Under the pieces are notes generated by a model. That model had not been told where the DNA came from and ran no database searches. It saw only the letters and a program-made list of their open reading frames with translations. Shown here piece by piece: positions 27,599 through 35,920 of a stretch of DNA of 61,506 nt (position 1 is its first letter; every line of letters begins with the position of its first letter). This DNA is from Candidatus Subterrananammoxibius californiae. GTDB lineage: Bacteria; Planctomycetota; Brocadiia; Brocadiales; Subterrananammoxibiaceae. The stretch spans positions 14,707 through 76,212 of the forward strand of contig JAURAC010000014.1 of the NCBI GenBank assembly GCA_030586555.1. Reading direction: 5' to 3'. The position numbers and the translations under genes are program-made.

Positions 27599-30328
27599 TT
27601 AGCTTTCTATCTTTACGGCGCAGACCTTGTATTCTGGTGTAAGCGCAAGCGTATCCTCCCCGGGACCTGTGAGCTTATTTGTTAAAACATCTGGATAATT
27701 AAACGTCATAAAAACTGTGCCGGGTAGAGAGCGTTTTGTTACCACAGCTTTTACCTGTACTTCTCCGCGTCTCGAAACAACGTTAACAGTTTGCCCCGTT
27801 TCTATTTCCAGTTCTGCGGCGTCATCGGGGTGTATCTCCACAAATCCTTCGGACGATATAAAGCTTATGTCTGGACATCTCAGTGTCATTGAGGAATTAT
27901 TATAATGATAGAGCATCCTGCCCGTTGTCAGCATTAAAGGATATTCTTCATCGGGAAGCTCTTCAGAGTGTGTATATGCAAGGTCATTAAACAGCCCTTT
28001 GCCCCTTGTAAAGGTATCTTTGTGCATGATTGGTGTCCCTGGGTGATTTTTATCCCAGACGGGCCAGATAAGTCCATCGCCTTCTAACCTGTCGTAGTCA
28101 ACACCTTTAAATTCTGGAGTCAGTCTCGCAAGCTCATCCATTATCTCAGATGGATGCTTGTAATCCATTTGATAACCTATTGCTCTGGCAATCAAACATA
28201 TAATTTCCCAATCATCCTTTGTGTCATCCGGGCGTGTAATCACCTTTTTGAGCTTTCTTATTCGTCTTTCGGCATTGGTAAAGGTTCCGTCTTTTTCAAA
28301 AAAGCAACTTGCAGGAAGCACAATATGAGCCAGCTCTGCGGTCTCCGTCATAAATATTTCTTGAACTACAAGAAATTCAAGTTTCTTAAGTGCTTGGGAT
28401 ACGAAATTAATATTTGCATTTGTTGTGGCTGGGTCATAGCCAATTATATACATTGCCTTCAGTTTTCCAGCATCCGCCGCTCTGTACATTTGTGGCTCTT
28501 TAAGTCCCGGCTTTGAAGGAAGCTTACACCCCCATGCATCAGAGAATTTTTTGTTTGCCTCATCGTTATCAACACGCTGATAGCATGTATAAACGTCTGG
28601 CAGTGCGCCCATATCGCAGGAACCCTGTACATTATTCTGTCCCCTGAGGGGATTTATTCCTGTGTTTGGCCTTCCTATATTGCCTGTAATTAATGCCAGA
28701 TTTGCTAATGACATGACGCCGTGGGAACCAGCTTTATGCTCGGTAACGCCCAGTCCATAAAGAATCATGCCCTTTTTAGTGCCTGCGTAAAGCCTTGCGG
28801 CTTCTATTATTTTTCCCCTGGGGACGCCTGTTATCTCTTCAACCCTTTCGGGGGTGTAGTACTCCACCACCGGCTTCAACATTTCAAAATGCTCTGTGCG
28901 CTGTGCTATAAATTCCTTATTCTCTAACCCTTCTTTTATAATTACATTAAGTAATCCATTAATGAGAGCCACATTAGTGCCAGGCTTCAGACGCAGGTGG
29001 ATTGTTGCCATACTTACGAGTTCTATTTCCCTCGGGTCTATTACAATCAATTTTGCGCCATTCTGTCTAACAGCTTTTTTGACCTTTAGTGATGCAATTG
29101 GATGCGCCTCGGTTGTATTCGAGCCGCAAATCAATAGCACCTCTGCCCCTTCTATGTCGTCAAGTGAGTTAGTAGCTGCACCGCTGCCCAACGCTGACCT
29201 CAGTCCGGTAACAGACGGGGCATGGCATACCCTTGCGCAGTTGTCCATATTATTGGTACCCATCACTGCACGGGCAAATTTTTGAGCCAGGTAATTCTCC
29301 TCATTTGTCCCTCTTGATGAACTCAAGCAACCGAATGCATCCGGTCCATATTTATCCTTAATTTGCTTAAATTTTTCTGATATAAGTGAGAGCGCCTCAT
29401 CCCAGCTTGCCTTTCTAAACGGTTTGTCTATGCTGTCCCTTACAAGCGGGCTTTTTAATCTGTCAGGATGTTTGTAAAAATCAAAACCAAAGCGACCCTT
29501 GACGCAAAGACTTCCGTAGTTAGGCGGGGATTTTATATCGGCAGTTACCTTGATTATTTCGTTATCTTTTACATGAAGCTCTAAACTGCACCCCACGCCG
29601 CAATAATTGCATACCGAGTTGACCTTTTTGGTTTCCCATGCCCGTGCCTTTCCGATGGCGGCTCTCTCCATCAAAGCGCCCGTTGGACAAACAGAAACAC
29701 AATGACCGCAGTAAACGCATCCTGCTTCCTTCAAAGTCTCATTGAAGGCAGTCACTACCGTTGATTTAAATCCTCTTTGCGAAAAAGTATATATGTGCTG
29801 GCATTGAACCTCGTCGCAGATTCTTACACACTTTCCACAGAGTATGCACTTATCCATATCCCTAAAAATTGCTCCACCTTCCTTCTCTGGAACTTTACGT
29901 GAAGCCATACCTTGAAATCTTGAGGTCTTGACCCCGTACTGATACATTAGTGTTTGAAGTCCGCAGTAGCCAGACTTATCGCACGTCAAACAATCATTCG
30001 GATGGTCAGACCAGAGGAGTTCCAGAACCATCTTCCTAGCTTTTAGCACCCTATCGCTCATTGTTTTGACGTTCATGCCTTCAGAAGCAGGCGTGGCGCA
30101 TGAGACGGTAAGCGTTCTTGCGCCTTCAACCTCTACTACGCACATCCTACAGGCACCTGCATTAGATAATCTATGGTCATAACAAAGCGTAGGAATTTCA
30201 ATACCCAGCATCTTGGCAGCGTGGAGAATGGTTGTTCCTGGGACAACCTCTATGTTTTTACCATCAATGGTTAAGGATACATTTTTTGCCTTCACGGCGG
30301 CTACTTTCTCTACGGCTTGAGTTATCAT
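27599..30328 (-). CDS. fdhF: Formate dehydrogenase alpha subunit (Mo/W-bisPGD, N-terminal Fe-S domains, Cys-type)
   Basis: 2Fe-2S and multiple 4Fe-4S Cys motifs; NCARVCH active site; PLRGQNNVQG. Confidence 0.9.
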   Translation of the reverse strand: MITQAVEKVAAVKAKNVSLTIDGKNIEVVPGTTILHAAKMLGIEIPTLCYDHRLSNAGACRMCVVEVEGARTLTVSCATPASEGMNVKTMSDRVLKARKMVLELLWSDHPNDCLTCDKSGYCGLQTLMYQYGVKTSRFQGMASRKVPEKEGGAIFRDMDKCILCGKCVRICDEVQCQHIYTFSQRGFKSTVVTAFNETLKEAGCVYCGHCVSVCPTGALMERAAIGKARAWETKKVNSVCNYCGVGCSLELHVKDNEIIKVTADIKSPPNYGSLCVKGRFGFDFYKHPDRLKSPLVRDSIDKPFRKASWDEALSLISEKFKQIKDKYGPDAFGCLSSSRGTNEENYLAQKFARAVMGTNNMDNCARVCHAPSVTGLRSALGSGAATNSLDDIEGAEVLLICGSNTTEAHPIASLKVKKAVRQNGAKLIVIDPREIELVSMATIHLRLKPGTNVALINGLLNVIIKEGLENKEFIAQRTEHFEMLKPVVEYYTPERVEEITGVPRGKIIEAARLYAGTKKGMILYGLGVTEHKAGSHGVMSLANLALITGNIGRPNTGINPLRGQNNVQGSCDMGALPDVYTCYQRVDNDEANKKFSDAWGCKLPSKPGLKEPQMYRAADAGKLKAMYIIGYDPATTNANINFVSQALKKLEFLVVQEIFMTETAELAHIVLPASCFFEKDGTFTNAERRIRKLKKVITRPDDTKDDWEIICLIARAIGYQMDYKHPSEIMDELARLTPEFKGVDYDRLEGDGLIWPVWDKNHPGTPIMHKDTFTRGKGLFNDLAYTHSEELPDEEYPLMLTTGRMLYHYNNSSMTLRCPDISFISSEGFVEIHPDDAAELEIETGQTVNVVSRRGEVQVKAVVTKRSLPGTVFMTFNYPDVLTNKLTGPGEDTLALTPEYKVCAVKIES

Positions 30329-30552
30329 GAAGCCTCCTAAAAGATAGAACCCCTTTTATTGTAAAAGTAAGGGTATAGAATGCCGTACCCCTGTAAAAGT
30401 ATTTTTATTGTATATTAGAAAAACACATTCGTCAAGTTCAAACTATGGCATGTATGTAAAGTATATAGACATGGTTAACACTTTTTTATAAGATGATGTG
30501 CCCGCCTGAGGCGGATTGATTTAAACTAACACGAAGGTCGTTGTCTACCTTT

Positions 30553-31266
30553 TTATCTAAGCCCACCAGCCAATCTAAAAAAGTTTGAAAAAAACTGGCT
30601 TGCTTGCTGGTTATATGCCTCACCATTTACGTCACTTTCTTTAATCAACTTTTTGGGGTACACTATGCCCTTTAGTGTGTCGAGTTCACCCTTGTAAGCC
30701 TCTATCCATTCTTGTATCATCTGTTTCGTTACCTCAACATGGAACTGGATGCCATAGGCATTTTTGCCATATCTGAAGGCTTGATTAGGGCATATATTTG
30801 ATTCTGCAAGGCGCACCCCACCATCAGGAATATTAAATGTATCGCCATGCCACTGAAAGACGTTGAGTTCATTATCAATGCCACGAAATAAAGGGTCTTT
30901 CTTCCCCTTGCTCGTAAGTGGTATTTTATACCAGCCAATTTCTTTTGCCTTTGCCTTTTCCACCTTTGCGCCACATGCCTTGGCAAGCAATTGTGCGCCG
31001 AGGCAAATACCAAGTATAGGGACTTCTTTTCTAACTGCATCCCTTAGAAAACTATCTTCCAGTTTAAGGAAAGGATATTTCTCCTCTTCATAAACATTCA
31101 TAGGACCTCCGAGGCTTACAATGGCTGAGCATGTCTTTGGGTCATCTGGATAGGTATCGCCCTTGAATGGATTAATAGTCCTGTGTGGTACATTATTACT
31201 CTCCAGAAAATCTGCTATTGTGCCGGGACCTTCTATATCAATGTGTTTAATAAACAGTACCGTCAT
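30553..31266 (-). CDS. Class I glutamine amidotransferase-like protein
   Basis: GGP, GICLGAQ, QFHVE triad. Confidence 0.9.
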   Translation of the reverse strand: MTVLFIKHIDIEGPGTIADFLESNNVPHRTINPFKGDTYPDDPKTCSAIVSLGGPMNVYEEEKYPFLKLEDSFLRDAVRKEVPILGICLGAQLLAKACGAKVEKAKAKEIGWYKIPLTSKGKKDPLFRGIDNELNVFQWHGDTFNIPDGGVRLAESNICPNQAFRYGKNAYGIQFHVEVTKQMIQEWIEAYKGELDTLKGIVYPKKLIKESDVNGEAYNQQASQFFSNFFRLAGGLR

Positions 31267-32541
31267 TTAACCCTCGTCTGCAATGTTAAAAACACAAAAC
31301 TCAGCACACATCGAGCATACCTCTTGGTTTTGCGGCTTTTTTGTTTCACGAATCTTCTTTGCTCGCTCGGGGTCAAGGCATGTAGCAAACTGGCCATCCC
31401 AATCCCTCTTCCTTCTCATCTGGGACATCTTTTTGTCCCATTCCCATGCAGATTTAATGCCTTTTGCAATATCTGCTGCATGGGCTGCAATGCGTGCTGC
31501 CATTACGCCGTTGCGCACGTCCTCGACCGTGGGAAGGCTGAGGTGCTCCGATGGTGTTACGTAGCAAAGGAAGTCTGCCCCTGCAGCGGCAGCAATGGCT
31601 CCACCAATTGCAGAGGTAATATGGTCGTAGCCAGGCGCAATATCTGTAACAATGGGTCCGAGTACATAAAAAGGCGCACCATTACACAACTCCTTTTGCA
31701 GTTGAACCTGGGCTTGAATCTGATTCAGGGGGACATGGCCCGGTCCCTCAATCATCACCTGTACGCCTGCCTCAAAGGCACGCTGGGCAAGTTCCGCCAG
31801 AACGTTTAATTCGTATATCTGAACCCTGTCAAAAGCGTCTGCTAATGCACCGGGACGCATGGCATCGCCGAGGCTGAGCGTAACGTCGTATTCTTTAGCC
31901 ATTGCTAATATCTCGTCGTATCGCTCATACAATGGATTTTCACGATTGTGGTAGGACATCCATTCTACAAGGAACATACCTCCCCTACTGACCACACCGC
32001 AGACCCTTTTTGTGTCTTTAAGGTGTTTCAGTACCCCAAAGTTTGCCCCGCAATGTACCGTGATAAAATCAACGCCGTCCTCGCAGTGACGCCTTACAGC
32101 TTCAAGCATGCCATCAGGGGCCATGTCTCGGATAGAATGCCCGTTTCGTACAGCATTAACGGCAGCCTCATATATGGGGACGCTGCCTACTGTAATGGTG
32201 GACTTCTCAATTATCCTCTCCCGTACAGCACGGAGGTCTCCGCCTGTGCTTAAATCCATTACAGCATCCGCTCCTGCCTCCTCAGCAACACATAGTTTTG
32301 CAAGTTCTTTCTTTACCTCGGAATAATCGGAGGATGTTCCTATATTGGCATTTACCTTTGTCCTTAACCCCTTTCCTACACCGCAAATTTGCTTTGCATT
32401 GCGTTTGCGGTTGCAGGGTATAACAATCTTGCCATCCGCCACCTGTGCCCGTATATATTCAGGTTTGTGGCTCTCTTCCTTTGCCACTACCTTCATTTCT
32501 TTAGTTATATGATTTGCCTTTGCCTTTTCAAGTTGAGTCAT
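31267..32541 (-). CDS. thiC: Phosphomethylpyrimidine synthase (ThiC family)
   Basis: KVNANIGTS, MDLSTGG, SRGG, EGPGH, C-terminal CSMCAEFC; the Bza paralogue cannot be fully excluded. Confidence 0.88.
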   Translation of the reverse strand: MTQLEKAKANHITKEMKVVAKEESHKPEYIRAQVADGKIVIPCNRKRNAKQICGVGKGLRTKVNANIGTSSDYSEVKKELAKLCVAEEAGADAVMDLSTGGDLRAVRERIIEKSTITVGSVPIYEAAVNAVRNGHSIRDMAPDGMLEAVRRHCEDGVDFITVHCGANFGVLKHLKDTKRVCGVVSRGGMFLVEWMSYHNRENPLYERYDEILAMAKEYDVTLSLGDAMRPGALADAFDRVQIYELNVLAELAQRAFEAGVQVMIEGPGHVPLNQIQAQVQLQKELCNGAPFYVLGPIVTDIAPGYDHITSAIGGAIAAAAGADFLCYVTPSEHLSLPTVEDVRNGVMAARIAAHAADIAKGIKSAWEWDKKMSQMRRKRDWDGQFATCLDPERAKKIRETKKPQNQEVCSMCAEFCVFNIADEG

Positions 32542-32561
32542 AATATTTTCCTTACCCATTT

Positions 32562-32618
32562 GGTAGACAACGATGTTTACGTCGTTGATTTCAACGAACA
32601 TAAAGTTCGTTGTCTACC
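32562..32618. repeat. GGTAGACAACG palindromic element overlapping the rluB 3' end
   Basis: GGTAGACAACG...CGTTGTCTACC with two internal hairpins. Confidence 0.85.
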
Positions 32619-33323
32619 CGTAACGTAAAACCTTGCCACCTCAGCATCGCTGAGTCTACGGTACTTGCCAATCTTAAGTTGTGGGGCTGACAGCCAACCA
32701 ATCTTAATCCTGCGTAGAGCTCGAACCTTGTATTCCTGCCTTGCAAGGATTCGCCTGATTTCCCTGTTACGTCCCTCTCTGAGTGTTATTTCAAGCCTGC
32801 TTGTTTTACTACCGCTATTGACGTTTGTTATCTTTGCTGAAGCCGTCTTTCCCTCGGATAACCATATTCCACGTTCGAGCGCCTCTATATCCTCACGAGT
32901 GATATGTCCTTCAACCTCCACCTGATATGTTTTGGGCACACCATACCTGGGATGGGAAAGGATGTTGGCAAATTCGCCATCGTTAGTAAGAATGATTAGC
33001 CCTTCGCTATCAACATCAAGCCGCCCCACCGTATAAATCCTTTGGGATACGTGTCCAAGGAGGTCAATTGCCCGAGGCCTTCCTAATTCGTCATAATTTG
33101 TACATACATACCCCCTGGGCTTATTAAGGAGACAGTAAATTTTCTTCTCCTCTTTAATGGGTATACCATCGCAACAGATAGTATTCTTTTGCGGGTCGGC
33201 AAGGAATCCCATTGAAGTAATCCGCTTGCCATTCACAGTCACATGACCAGCGGCAATAAGTTCCTCACAATGCCTCCGCGACCCAATCCCCGCATGAGCT
33301 AATATTTTATGTAGCCGTTGCAT
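32577..33323 (-). CDS. rluB: rRNA pseudouridine synthase (RsuA/RluB family, S4 domain)
   Basis: RLHKILAHAGIGSRR, LNKPRG, VGRLD, EGRNREIRR. Confidence 0.92.
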   Translation of the reverse strand: MQRLHKILAHAGIGSRRHCEELIAAGHVTVNGKRITSMGFLADPQKNTICCDGIPIKEEKKIYCLLNKPRGYVCTNYDELGRPRAIDLLGHVSQRIYTVGRLDVDSEGLIILTNDGEFANILSHPRYGVPKTYQVEVEGHITREDIEALERGIWLSEGKTASAKITNVNSGSKTSRLEITLREGRNREIRRILARQEYKVRALRRIKIGWLSAPQLKIGKYRRLSDAEVARFYVTGRQRTLCSLKSTT

Positions 33324-33368
33324 TTTTATTATTTACCTTATAGAAAACCTTTGGGTTACAAAGTAGTG

Positions 33369-33938
33369 TTAGCTTATCGTTTTTGCTTCACCTTTCAACC
33401 GTTTCCATAATGATACGACATTCAACTTCTTTACCCAACGTTCAAGATAATCTATGTCAAGTTTATCAAATTGAACCTCGTAAACCCTTAAGGCATCAAT
33501 AAACTGTTTTTCACTACCGCCAGATAATTTTGACCATCTCAATTTCGCTAAAATTGTATCTTCTGGACTTGAAAACACCATCCTTTTCCCTAAGATTTCT
33601 TCAGTATACTTGCGTGAAAAGCGTGACTGGTCAAAAGGTTCATCGGTTAATATCCAGAAATCAACCTTATCCCCTTCTTTTACATTGATTAAGTTAAACA
33701 TGCCACGGTTATTAATTGCATTAAGTACACTATTTTCGTCTAAGTAATAATCAGGCGGTGGGAAAACCTCAACTAATTCCTTTACTGATGTTTTTTGAAT
33801 ATCAATAACTATATCTATATCATGGGTAGACCTCGGTTCACCTTGCAAGCTTGAAGCGATAGAGCCTGTAAGCATATATTGGATTTTAGCCTTTTCAAGT
33901 ACTTGTACAACTTTCTTTAATAATTCCTGTTGTGACAC
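33369..33938 (-). CDS. Nucleotidyltransferase-like protein (putative toxin-antitoxin component)
   Basis: MLTGSIAS..GEPRSTHDIDIV motif; SPEDTILAKL. Confidence 0.8.
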   Translation of the reverse strand: MSQQELLKKVVQVLEKAKIQYMLTGSIASSLQGEPRSTHDIDIVIDIQKTSVKELVEVFPPPDYYLDENSVLNAINNRGMFNLINVKEGDKVDFWILTDEPFDQSRFSRKYTEEILGKRMVFSSPEDTILAKLRWSKLSGGSEKQFIDALRVYEVQFDKLDIDYLERWVKKLNVVSLWKRLKGEAKTIS

Positions 33939-34132
33939 TTATCTAAACGTTCCAGAAGTATTTTTTTAAATTTTTCTCTTGAGAGATTTGGAAATCTCTT
34001 ACGTAGCCCATGAACAAAAAGCTGCTTTGTAAATTCAGACAACTCAAATGCCTTAAGCAATCTTTTTTCGGGTGGCATTTTACGAAGCACTTGTATGTAA
34101 ATCTCATGATTGGTGTTTTCTACGAGTTTCAT
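33917..34132 (-). CDS. Small helical partner of the nucleotidyltransferase (putative antitoxin)
   Basis: 71 aa, overlaps the NTase start; two-gene TA-like layout. Confidence 0.65.
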   Translation of the reverse strand: MKLVENTNHEIYIQVLRKMPPEKRLLKAFELSEFTKQLFVHGLRKRFPNLSREKFKKILLERLDKCHNRNY

Positions 34133-34211
34133 AATCCATTACTCTTTTTAGCGAATATGGTTGCAATAATCCCCGCATGCGCTAATATTTTATGTAAACG
34201 TTCCATTTTCG

Positions 34212-34310
34212 TTACTCGTTACCCGTGGCTCGTGGCACTGAGGTCTTTATTGTTTTACATATTTTTGATGGCAAAGTCCCGTCGCTTTTAAGGCTTGCGG
34301 GTATCAATAT
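34212..34310 (-). pseudogene. Displaced 3' end of manA
   Basis: Translates ILIPASLKSDGTLPSKICKTIKTSVPRATGNE* vs ManA ILVPASLKSYGIQPSKMCKIIKTSVP*. Confidence 0.8.
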
Positions 34311-34340
34311 TGGTGAATTATAGCCACTTTAAAAGAAATC

Positions 34341-34571
34341 TTATAAGCCCAGCATCCTTATAAACTCATCTTTATCAATACCAGCCTGTCTTAACATTTC
34401 GTGAAACAACCATTGAGGAATATCCTTTCCATGTTTATGGCTAATCCTTACCCTTAAGATTGTACCGTTAGGTAATATCTTACGCCATGTCTCATGCTTT
34501 CTGGAGCGAACTTTCTCAAAATTCAACCATTTAAGAACAGTTCTAAACTGGTCATACGTGAACGAAGCCAT
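34341..34571 (-). CDS. hicA: HicA-family mRNA interferase toxin
   Basis: 76 aa; FEKVRSRKHETW, ISHKHGKDIP, MLRQAGI pattern. Confidence 0.75.
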   Translation of the reverse strand: MASFTYDQFRTVLKWLNFEKVRSRKHETWRKILPNGTILRVRISHKHGKDIPQWLFHEMLRQAGIDKDEFIRMLGL

Positions 34572-34863
34572 GTTTTATTTCTACCAGCATTCTCAATTCC
34601 CAATCTGTCTTACAAGAAGCTATCGCTTTGATATAAGGAAGATGATGTGCCCTGTTTGGACTCTTGGAGTACAGCTCAAAATCTTTCATATACTCTTCTG
34701 CATAATCCTTCATAGCCTCGATCATGTCCTCAATGGCTTCTTCTGGCGTGTCCATCTCTGTTACAAGGTCTAATTCAGGACAATAAGCGCAGAATCTTTC
34801 TCCATCTAAAGCCAACAAAACTGAAAGGGACTTTTCTTGTATCATTATTTTAGGTTTATTCAT
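34552..34863 (-). CDS. hicB: HicB-like antitoxin
   Basis: FCAYCPELDLVTEMDTPEEAIEDMIEAM matches the HicB N-terminal fold; overlaps hicA. Confidence 0.75.
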   Translation of the reverse strand: MNKPKIMIQEKSLSVLLALDGERFCAYCPELDLVTEMDTPEEAIEDMIEAMKDYAEEYMKDFELYSKSPNRAHHLPYIKAIASCKTDWELRMLVEIKHGFVHV

Positions 34864-34883
34864 AAAAACGTCTCCTATTTTAT

Positions 34884-35900
34884 TTATGGTACAGAAGTCT
34901 TTATTATTTTACACATTTTTGACGGCTGAATCCCGTAACTTTTAAGGCTTGCGGGTACAAGTATGGACTCGCCTTTAGAAAAGTTCACGAAATCTCTCTT
35001 GTCCTCTCCGTATTGCAGACTCCCTTCGCCTTCGATAACCGATAATATATGAAAATTGTCTGCGTTGTTCACTTCTTTCCGCCCAAAAGATGGTGGATTT
35101 ACAACAATATACTTCTCAAACTGTAGAAGCTCAAGGGAAAACTTTGGACAGTCGAGCAGATGCTCTCTCTTAATTGTAGATTGCGCCCCCCTCTCCCTAA
35201 TCCTCCCCCTCGAGGGGGGAGGGGAGGGTGGGGGTTGGCAATTCAAAACATCCAATGCCTTTTTAATGTGAAGTGGTCTGGGCATTCCATCTTCCCCCAA
35301 TCTGTTCCAATCGAATAGACGGTAGGTTACATCGGAGTTCTGCGATACCTCAAGAAGCAGTATGCCAGCGCCTATGGCATGTATCATGCCCGGAGGGATA
35401 AATATGACGTCTCCAGCCTTAACCGTTATAAAATTCAGGCATTCTTCAACCCTTCCTGCCTTAAGAAGCTTTTTAACATCGTCAACCGTTGTACCGGGAA
35501 TAGCGCCATAAACAATCTTTGCGCCAGGTTCTGCATGTATTATGTACCATGCTTCCATCTTTCCCTGTTCACCGTAGGCTTCATATTTTTGAGCATACAC
35601 GTCATCCGGGTGAACCTGGACAGATAGCATTTCGCTGGTGTCAATCAATTTAACTAAGAGTGGGAAACCTGCCGATTGTGGATTGCGGATTGCGGATTGC
35701 AGAATGTCATGAAGTGTTTTTCCCGCGAGGGGACCGTTTTTAATAGTGGTTGTGTCTTTTCCGTGGTCAGCAATTTCCCACGATTCACCAATTTTTTTAT
35801 CGGCAGAAACATCCCTTCCAAACAGGGTTCTGAGGCGGTGACCAGCCCATATTTTCTCTTTGTAAATACTATTGAATTTTAGCGGATACAAATTGTGCAT
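34884..35900 (-). CDS. manA: Type I mannose-6-phosphate isomerase
   Basis: IGESWE, FPLLVK, LSVQVHPDD, GKMEAW, QNSDVTYR. Confidence 0.93.
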   Translation of the reverse strand: MHNLYPLKFNSIYKEKIWAGHRLRTLFGRDVSADKKIGESWEIADHGKDTTTIKNGPLAGKTLHDILQSAIRNPQSAGFPLLVKLIDTSEMLSVQVHPDDVYAQKYEAYGEQGKMEAWYIIHAEPGAKIVYGAIPGTTVDDVKKLLKAGRVEECLNFITVKAGDVIFIPPGMIHAIGAGILLLEVSQNSDVTYRLFDWNRLGEDGMPRPLHIKKALDVLNCQPPPSPPPSRGRIRERGAQSTIKREHLLDCPKFSLELLQFEKYIVVNPPSFGRKEVNNADNFHILSVIEGEGSLQYGEDKRDFVNFSKGESILVPASLKSYGIQPSKMCKIIKTSVP

Positions 35901-35920
35901 GGTAGATTACAGATTACAAA

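Larger units (their letters stand above)
33285..34206 (-). mobile_element. Putative integrated cassette bounded by direct repeats of the first 13 codons of rluB
   Basis: 33285-33323 vs 34168-34206, 35/39 nt identical; encloses the NTase and small partner genes. Confidence 0.7.
34233..34964 (-). mobile_element. Putative integrated hicBA cassette bounded by direct repeats of the manA 3' end
   Basis: 34233-34310 vs 34887-34964, 64/78 nt identical, with a 19-bp perfect core CTTTTAAGGCTTGCGGGTA. Confidence 0.7.

Noticed and set aside
29220..29245. Selenocysteine in formate dehydrogenase
   Set aside because: Active-site codon is Cys (TGC); the ORF is uninterrupted
32542..32620. TPP riboswitch upstream of thiC
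   Set aside because: Space is occupied by the rluB 3' end and a repeat; no TPP aptamer core seen
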